A stretch of 64,000 nt of DNA from a cyanobacterium endosymbiont of Rhopalodia gibba (GTDB lineage: Bacteria > Cyanobacteriota > Cyanobacteriia > Cyanobacteriales > Microcystaceae): contig CP067995.1 of assembly GCA_045159875.1 (NCBI GenBank), positions 2,144,001 through 2,208,000 on the forward strand. The letters are read 5' to 3'. Position 1 is the first letter of the stretch. The number at the start of each line of letters is the position of its first letter. This document shows positions 56,673 to 64,000 of this stretch, piece after piece. Under the pieces are notes generated by a model. The model ran no database searches, was not told the DNA's origin, and was given only the letters and a program-made list of their open reading frames with translations. A program made the position numbers and the translations under genes.

Positions 56673-57707
56673 ATGCCTCCTAATGGCAATGAAAAGGCAA
56701 CTCTTATCCTACTTTTATCTGAAACTAACACCGAAATGGCATTCATGACCAGTCCCCGCAAAACACCTGCCACTGGCTGTTTAAATAAACTTATTTTTCT
56801 TACAATCCTAATTCTTGCTTCAGGAATCCTCGGATGGTTTGCGGGGAAAGTTTGGATCTCTCTGGTTGTTGGAGTTGATGAAGGGAAAAATGCTGAAGTT
56901 TTTTCAGAAACGTCAAATGAAAGTAATGTTTCTAACATTAACAATGAGGAGTTACAACGCAAAAATAAATTACGTAGTCGTCGTCGGAGTTTAGGATTAA
57001 ATTCCAGCTTGTTTGTTACCTTAGTCGATGAATATTTTAGTGAGCAATATCCTAGCCAAAAAGGTCGTCATTTGAGTAATGATTCTGAAGATTATTCTTG
57101 GCAAAAAAAGTGGGACCAAACAGCAGCTTATTTACTTGATATTTTGGCATCTTTGAGTCCTGAGGCAGTTCAAAGGATGGGGACTTATACTCAAAGTGAC
57201 CGACATCACTGGAAACAACAGGTTAATAATTTACATTTAAGTAGTCGTGCTCTTTATGATTTAGTTAATGCTCGCTTTTTTCAGGTATTTCCTGAGCAAA
57301 AAAATACATCTTTTATTGATAAAGCTATCGGTCAAATTTGGAATAGTATGATGTTCGATACTTTACAAGCTTTGCAATCTAGTTCAATTTATGAAAAACT
57401 TTCTTTTACGACTGTAGAATCTAACGTCATTCGACGAGAGGCAACCATAAAACCAGGAGAAGGAAGAACATATGTTCTTTTCTTAGAAGCTTCTGATCAG
57501 ATGAAGTTTGACTTAAAAGCCAATCGAGATATTTTATTATCTATTTATTCTCCAACGGGCGATAATAACTTAATCGAAAATTCTCAACAACATCAATGGT
57601 CTGGGATACTTCCTGAAACAGGATATTATGAAATAATAATAGTCTCTCCTTCTAAGAAAACAGTTAACTATCAATTTAAAATTTTAGTTGATAAGAGTAA
57701 TTTATGA
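56673..57707 (+). CDS. Single-TM protein resembling the extracytoplasmic part of cyanobacterial Ser/Thr kinases; no kinase domain in the ORF
   Basis: TM LIFLTILILASGILGWFAG; YPSQKGRHLS..WQKKWD, VNNLHLSSRALYDL, C-terminal YSPTG..WSGILPETGYYEI. Confidence 0.65.
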   Translation: MPPNGNEKATLILLLSETNTEMAFMTSPRKTPATGCLNKLIFLTILILASGILGWFAGKVWISLVVGVDEGKNAEVFSETSNESNVSNINNEELQRKNKLRSRRRSLGLNSSLFVTLVDEYFSEQYPSQKGRHLSNDSEDYSWQKKWDQTAAYLLDILASLSPEAVQRMGTYTQSDRHHWKQQVNNLHLSSRALYDLVNARFFQVFPEQKNTSFIDKAIGQIWNSMMFDTLQALQSSSIYEKLSFTTVESNVIRREATIKPGEGRTYVLFLEASDQMKFDLKANRDILLSIYSPTGDNNLIENSQQHQWSGILPETGYYEIIIVSPSKKTVNYQFKILVDKSNL

Positions 57708-58549
57708 TTCTACAATTATTTTATATTTATTAAATATATAAATTTTATTAAAAATAAAACAATGTGGAAAGTATAATCTCTTTAACTATCTTTATTGCAA
57801 AGTTTTGGTATTAATTTAACATTATTCACAATATATGTTCAGTTCTTTTGGGAAAAGACAACAAGAAAAAAATTACGATGTACAACGATAAAAATTAAGT
57901 CTAAATTCTAAGTAGTTAGAACTATTGCATTCTCTCTCCGCAATCAGTAAGTTTAAAACTTTTACTCCTTGCCAATAAGTGTTGATCGTACATTTGATAA
58001 AATTTAAAAATACTATTATTATTCTCAATGACTAACTTAAAATTAAATAATTTTGATAGTTTTATAAAATATAAACTTCTAATAATCAAGACTACAATAG
58101 TTGTTTTAAAAGAGCAATAAGTTAAAACTAGCTTGTCTTTTGATCCTAGATATAAAGAAACTTTTTAGGTTAAATCTGTATAGGCAATTAGTCTATATTT
58201 TGAATGTTAAATTCGAGATGTATTTTATTTTTTTTGTCAATAGTTTTAATTGGCAAACACTTATAAAATAGAATTTTCTTGATGATTTTCACTGACTTTT
58301 ATTTTATCTTCTGTTAAGAATAGGTAATTAATTAAAGTCCTTATTGATAGAAAATTTTAAAAAGTTCTTGATCAATATTCCCTCGGTATCCAAACTATTT
58401 ACAAATTAAACCTTGTGTTAACTCACAAATAAGTTTATGGTCATCTGTGTTACCTAGAGTCAACTTAAAAACTAATAATTTACCACTGTCGTTTATAATC
58501 AAATTATTAAAAAATTAACAGTTAAACTTTATTTAAATTTCTATACTGT

Positions 58550-59000
58550 AATCATCTGTCTAAAATATTTGATGGTTTATCTAATGGACAGAAGTCAGGT
58601 TTCATGATGGCAATGACTAAAAATAGACTATTTCCAACTCAGGAAGGAGAATAACAGTTAGTTAAAACTCTATAGAGATAGGATAATAGGGCAATTGTTT
58701 ATTTAAAAGACTTTGGAAAAGTCAGAGTGTTAAAAAAACAGTTCTACAACAATATTATTCGGTTTTATTATATTCGAAAAATTAAGACATAAACGAAGTT
58801 ATTAAAAACATATTTATTCAAGTAAAAACAACTAGCTAAGTTGTTGAATGTCATCACTAGGTCATTAAACAAGTAAACTTTTAATAATAAAATACGAGGT
58901 AATATTTACTCACTTTTTTAGTGGTTTACAAGTTTTAATCTAGTTAAAATTAATGCCAGTTAAAAAGTTAACTGATAATACTGATAATTAGGATCAGATT
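58550..59000 (+). mobile_element. IS701-family transposase remnant
   Basis: GFMMAMTKNRLF, AIVYLKDFGKVRVLK and VVECHH*VIKQV resemble GFLFGI.KNRLV, LIVYLKKFGQVKVF and IEQYHRAIKQV. Confidence 0.65.
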
Positions 59001-59185
59001 TAAAAATAATTATCTATTAAAGATTATTTAAATTATATTAAAGAGCATTTTTACTAAACCTTAGCTTCCTTATTATTTAAAATATTTAAATATTGTTGAA
59101 TAATTATAAGTTAGTTCAATATATAATGAGCGATTTATTTATTTCAGATAATTTATATTTTACGTAATTTGTCAATATGTAACTC

Positions 59186-60181
59186 CTACTCTATACTAAT
59201 CTTAGTCAATGCTTTCTCAATAACTTTAACATCTGCCCCAGGTAAGTGAGTATTCTCACTAATATATCGTTTCCAAGCTTTTGTCCCTGGAACACCTCCA
59301 AAAATAGTTAGTAAATGACGACTAATACTATGAAGTTTTAGTCCATTATTACTCCAATAATCAATATAAGGAAACATTCTTTCAATAACTTCATGACGTG
59401 TTAACGGGGTAACTGTTTTGCCATAAATATCTCGATCTACTGTAGCAAATAAATAAGGATTATCATATGCTGCTCGACCAATCATAACTCCATCTACAAA
59501 TCGTAAATGTTGTTTTATTTTTTCTAGAGTAATAATTCCCCCATTAATCTGGATAAAAAGCTGAGGAAACTGTTCCTTTAGGCGATAAACATTATCATAC
59601 CTTAAGGGAGGAAGGGTGCGATTTTCCTTGGGACTTAATCCTTTTAACCAAGCTTTGCGAGCGTGTACTATAAACCGTTGACATCCTGCTTCTGAAACGA
59701 TACGAACAAAGTTAGCGAGATCTTCATAGCGATCACATTCATCAATTCCAATACGATGCTTCACCGTTACGGGAATATGAACCCGTTTTTGCATTGCTTC
59801 AACACAGTCTGCTACTAATCCTGGTTGTGCCATCAAACAAGCCCCAAAGTTACCACTTTGGACACGATTGCTCGGACAACCTACATTTAAGTTAACTTCA
59901 TCGTATCCTAAATCTTCAGCAATAACTGTACATTCTGCTAATTCTTGCGGACTGTCTCCTCCTAATTGCAAAGAGAGAGGCTTTTCTTCTGGTGAGAAAT
60001 CTAGTAACTTAGAGCGATCACCGTAGTGAATGGCCGCTGTTGTAATCATCTCCGTATAGAGTAGGGTATAACGAGTCATCTGACGTATAAAATAACGGAA
60101 GTGGCGATCAGTGAGATCCATCATCGGTGCTATACTGAGTGGGTATCCTGAAGGCTTCTGATTTATAGAATTAAAAGTCAT
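59186..60181 (-). CDS. dusA: tRNA-dihydrouridine(20/20a) synthase
   Basis: IAPMMDLTDRHFR, NLNVGCPSNRVQSG, VHARKAWLKGLSPKENR. Confidence 0.96.
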   Translation of the reverse strand: MTFNSINQKPSGYPLSIAPMMDLTDRHFRYFIRQMTRYTLLYTEMITTAAIHYGDRSKLLDFSPEEKPLSLQLGGDSPQELAECTVIAEDLGYDEVNLNVGCPSNRVQSGNFGACLMAQPGLVADCVEAMQKRVHIPVTVKHRIGIDECDRYEDLANFVRIVSEAGCQRFIVHARKAWLKGLSPKENRTLPPLRYDNVYRLKEQFPQLFIQINGGIITLEKIKQHLRFVDGVMIGRAAYDNPYLFATVDRDIYGKTVTPLTRHEVIERMFPYIDYWSNNGLKLHSISRHLLTIFGGVPGTKAWKRYISENTHLPGADVKVIEKALTKISIE

Positions 60182-62015
60182 TGGACTAGTCTATTTTCTG
60201 TTCTTGGGTATCTACTGTTGAGTTTGAAATTTTTTGAGAAAACTAATTGGTCACTTTAGTATTGCTTTCTTATTTTAGACGTTTTACTGTTCGCTCTAAT
60301 AAAGTAACTAGTAATTTACTTTTAAATAAAAAACATTTTAAAAAAAACACAACTTATCCAAATTAATCCAACAGTTTGTCCTAGTGTATATGTGGGTTGA
60401 TTTTCTCCCAAATAAACTATCTTAGTTGGACTTCAAATTGATTTGACTCGTAAAAAGATATAGTCCATATTTGTTTTTTCTAAAAAATAGAAATAATCTC
60501 CATTTTTTCGATATCAGATTTTTTTAAGACCAAAATATAATATTATTGTTTTTTGAAACTTTTATTATAGGTTATACAATAATTTTAAGTAGAAGCTTTC
60601 TATCCTAATAGAGAACAAAGAATAGGAGAATATGTGTTGTTCATAAAATTAAGTAAGTTATGATTACAGGCTAGAAATTCAATATTGCTTATAATTATCC
60701 TATTATACTTTAATTAACTGCAAAATTTATTCTTTTGGCTACTTTAGTAATAAACTTAAACTGTTGATATAAAAAAATATTTCAAGCTTGACAAAATTAG
60801 TAGGATAGAAAGATAAAATTTTTTAATATTTATTAATAAAGTTTATAGAAAACTTAATTTTTTTTCCATAAAACTAATTATTAGTTCTATCATTCTAAGT
60901 GGGAAAATGGAGAGTTTATTGACATTACAGTATTTGATAAACTAAGAAAAAATTGGTGTAAAAACGGTTAATTTTCAATAAAAATGCTTTAATAGAAGGA
61001 TTATACATCCATTATTTAATGATAGTAAGTTTTAAAGAAAAAAATAATTGTAAGAATTTATAAAAACAAGGAAATTTGAAGAGATAGTAAAACGGTCAAG
61101 ATATATAGGGGGAAGGAATTTTTATTATAAATGAAAATGTTTCTATTAATTTCTATTAAGTATAGAGATGATAATACAAATATACGGAAGTTTTGTAATA
61201 TTATTGTAAATAATTTAACACTACAAAAAGGACTGCCATTGCATTGTAAAGCCATTCATTTAAAGAGGCGGAGCTTCTTTAAATGATTAATTAGGACAGA
61301 AGTGAAAACCGATGGCGTTAAAGGAAGAAATAATAGCATCAAAAACGATATTGTTTCAATAGAGAAGTGAACCAGCTACAGGCTGACAAATCTCGTCAGA
61401 ATCTACTGGAAGAGCTGCGACGGAGTGACAGCAGTTAAAAGAGTAGGAGGTCATTGAAACACCGAGATAACCTAAATAAAGGAGGTTTTTAGTGCTGTTG
61501 GTTCATTAGCAAAACTGTTTTGTTGTCTCAGTGGGATTGATACTTAAGACTGCGATCACCGCATAAATAAGGCTTGAGCAGATAATCTTGACAACACAAA
61601 AGCTATTAAATTTAGAACTCTCTGCGGTTGAATAAATTCTACTCAAAGGTTGATTTTTATAGGCACTTGCTTGTAAGATATACGGTTGTGGCTAAAAAGC
61701 ATTAATGACTATTGCCACGGCTGATAGCCGACACCTTATCTGATAAGGTATCGTGAGAGCATCCAGCAGCTTAGTGTTGTTATGCCGCCTTAAAGATACT
61801 GAGGAATAAAAACTATCCTTAAGTCTTGAGGACAAAACGGCACCTTAACCAGGTATATTTGACTGGTTAAACGTATAATCAAGCATCTTCTTGATATACC
61901 GAATCTAAAATGTCACCCAAGGACAGAGGAGCGCAAAGATATTCTCTCGCGCCTTCAACTTTGGCTGATCGCTGCTAACCTATTGTCTAAAATAATAATG
62001 TAGAGGGAAAAATCC

Positions 62016-62654
62016 GTGGCTGTTGGTATCCTCGGAACTAAGCTCGGCATGACCCAAATCTTCGACCAGGAGACGGGACTCGCGATTCCCGTCACTGTGG
62101 TTCAAGCAGGTCCATGTACCGTAACACAAATTAAAACATCTGAAACAGATGGATATACTGCCATCCAGGTTGGATATGGCGAAGTTAAAGAAAAAGCTCT
62201 AACCAAAGCTGAATTAGGGCATTTGAAAAAAAATGACGTACCGCCCTTGCGTCATTTAAAAGAATATCGGCTAGATACTCCCAATCAATATCAATTGGGA
62301 GATGCCATAAAAGCAGATATATTCAACACAGGTGATTTAGTCGATATCGCCGGAAAAAGTATAGGTCGTGGGTTTGCTGGGTATCAAAAACGTCATAACT
62401 TTAAACGGGGAAATATGACCCACGGGTCAAAAAGCCATCGTCTTCCAGGATCCACTGGAGCCGGAACTACTCCAGGAAGAGTTTATCCGGGGAAACGTAT
62501 GGCAGGTCAATATGGTGCAACCCGAGTCACCATCCGCAGGCTTCAAGTAGTGCAAGTCTATGGAGAACGAAACCTAATACTTGTTAAAGGAGCAATTCCG
62601 GGTAAGTCTGGGGCTTTACTTGATATTACTCCCGCTAAAAAAGTCGGTAAATAA
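62016..62654 (+). CDS. rplC: 50S ribosomal protein L3
   Basis: [36 protein letters not shown]. Confidence 0.98.
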   Translation: MAVGILGTKLGMTQIFDQETGLAIPVTVVQAGPCTVTQIKTSETDGYTAIQVGYGEVKEKALTKAELGHLKKNDVPPLRHLKEYRLDTPNQYQLGDAIKADIFNTGDLVDIAGKSIGRGFAGYQKRHNFKRGNMTHGSKSHRLPGSTGAGTTPGRVYPGKRMAGQYGATRVTIRRLQVVQVYGERNLILVKGAIPGKSGALLDITPAKKVGK

Positions 62655-62693
62655 TCGTGTGTAACAATGACGACTGATAACTGAGAGCTAAAA

Positions 62694-63326
62694 ATGGTTG
62701 ATTGTATCATTAAAAACTGGCAAGGAGAAGAAGTCGGTCAAGCTACCTTGGAGTTAAAAGTGGCTAAAGAAGAAAACGCCGCTCACATAGTCCATCGTGC
62801 TTTAGTACGACAACGTACCAATGTCCGTCAAGGGACTGCTTCAAGTAAAACTCGTGCTGAAGTTAGAGGTGGCGGACGTAAACCCTGGCGACAAAAAGGG
62901 ACTGGACGAGCTAGGGCCGGATCTAATCGTTCTCCATTATGGCGAGGCGGAGGGGTTATTTTTGGACCCAAACCTAGGGACTTTAACGTCAAGATGAACC
63001 GCAAAGAGCGTCGTTTAGCCTTGAGAACCGCCTTACAAAGCCGTGCTGAAGACCTAGTGATTGTAGAAAACTTTGCCGCTAAATTTTCTCAACCCAAAAC
63101 TAAAGAATTAGTTTCGGCTTTGAGCCGTTGGGGAATAAAACAGGGTAAACAGGTCATTTTGATCTTGTCAGATATTTCCAATGACGTCTACTTATCGGCC
63201 CGTAACATTTCCTATCTAAAACTGTTAAAAGCTGATAGTTTAAATGTTTATGATTTGTTAGCAGCCGAAAAAATTGTCACCACCCCAGAAGCTTTAAGCA
63301 AAATACAGGAGGTTTACAGTGACTAA
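62694..63326 (+). CDS. rplD: 50S ribosomal protein L4
   Basis: [26 protein letters not shown]. Confidence 0.98.
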   Translation: MVDCIIKNWQGEEVGQATLELKVAKEENAAHIVHRALVRQRTNVRQGTASSKTRAEVRGGGRKPWRQKGTGRARAGSNRSPLWRGGGVIFGPKPRDFNVKMNRKERRLALRTALQSRAEDLVIVENFAAKFSQPKTKELVSALSRWGIKQGKQVILILSDISNDVYLSARNISYLKLLKADSLNVYDLLAAEKIVTTPEALSKIQEVYSD

Positions 63327-63621
63327 ATATGACCACCGCAATTTAGCTGATTTAATCCTCAAGCCGATTGTTACTGAAAAAGCAACCTTACTTTTAGAAG
63401 ATAATAAATATGTCTTTGAAGTTGCTCTTAGATCAAATAAGTCCCAAATCAAGGCTGCTATTGAGAGCTTATTTGAGGTCAGCGTATTGAAGGTTAACAC
63501 GGCTCGCCCCCCACGCAAAAAAAAGAAAGTGGGCAAGTTTGTTGGATATAAGCCTTTATATAAACGGGCGATCGTAACCTTACAAGAAGGGGACTCCATT
63601 GTCTTGTTCCCTGATGTCTAA
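63319..63621 (+). CDS. rplW: 50S ribosomal protein L23
   Basis: [24 protein letters not shown]. Confidence 0.97.
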   Translation: MTKYDHRNLADLILKPIVTEKATLLLEDNKYVFEVALRSNKSQIKAAIESLFEVSVLKVNTARPPRKKKKVGKFVGYKPLYKRAIVTLQEGDSIVLFPDV

Positions 63622-63712
63622 AGAACTAGTCAATATGAAGGTATGGAGGAAGGCATCTGATAAACCCAAATATTTACTATCAACCGCTAACGATTAACTA
63701 TTAACTATTATC

Positions 63713-64000
63713 ATGGGTATTCGTTCTTATCGGCCTTGCACTCCAGGAACTAGACAAGCGTCTGTCTCAGATTTCTCAGAAATCACCAAAGGTAAGCCGG
63801 AAAAATCATTAACCACATCCAAGCACAATCCTAAGGGGCGTAATAACCGAGGGGTGATTACCAGTCGTCATCGTGGAGGTGGACACAAACGTTGTTATCG
63901 ATTAGTCGATTTTCGACGCGATAAGCACAATATTCCGGCAAAAATTGCCGCTATTGAATACGATCCTAACCGGAATGCCCGTCTTGCTCTTTTATTCTAC
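63713..64000 (+). CDS. rplB: 50S ribosomal protein L2, N-terminal part (runs off window end)
   Basis: [47 protein letters not shown]. Confidence 0.97.
   Translation, partial: MGIRSYRPCTPGTRQASVSDFSEITKGKPEKSLTTSKHNPKGRNNRGVITSRHRGGGHKRCYRLVDFRRDKHNIPAKIAAIEYDPNRNARLALLFY

Noticed and set aside
61250..61600. ldpA or ndhN remnant upstream of the rplC operon
   Set aside because: GC-richer, but no convincing motif in the frames I translated
61900..62016. rpsJ missing ahead of rplC
   Set aside because: Normal for cyanobacteria, where rpsJ follows tuf
103..63599. Short antisense or overlapping ORFs in the track (e.g. 103-288, 12533-12745, 39620-39844, 56621-56962, 63294-63599)
   Set aside because: Shadows of well-supported genes with no recognisable motifs
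1..64000. CRISPR array, tRNA or rRNA genes
   Set aside because: No regularly spaced direct repeats, cloverleaf or rRNA-like sequence seen by eye

Overview
AT-rich cyanobacterial DNA of Cyanothece/Crocosphaera type undergoing reductive evolution. Intact housekeeping genes are atpA (3' end), atpG, deoC, recO, pdhC, pdhA, purH, purQ, purS, cysK, hisC, htpG, dusA, codA, rpsU and rplC-D-W-B. Also intact are an FHA-domain PBP1A, Ftn2/ZipN, Ni-SOD sodN with sodX, cyAbrB/CalA and a hyp-type NHL-repeat protein. These are separated by long AT-rich spacers that are largely eroded pseudogenes. Manual translation recovers a lightly broken chlH and more decayed copies of sdhB, zur, an Hsp70-family gene, a DICT sensor, EAL phosphodiesterase(s), a TPM protein, a cobH-like gene and an MBL hydrolase, plus IS605/tnpB, IS630 and IS701 relics. 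Loss of chlorophyll synthesis with retention of ATP synthase, PDH and Ni enzymes suggests (inference) a non-photosynthetic endosymbiont such as the N2-fixing spheroid body of rhopalodiacean diatoms. No nif gene lies in this window. The most unusual signals are: many unrelated perfect palindromes with 0-4 nt loops in dead DNA; HIP1 octamers decayed at the methylated cytosine; frequent short tandem duplications; and a probable Ser/Thr kinase that lost its kinase domain but kept an open membrane/periplasmic ORF. All family assignments come from recalled motifs, not from database searches.
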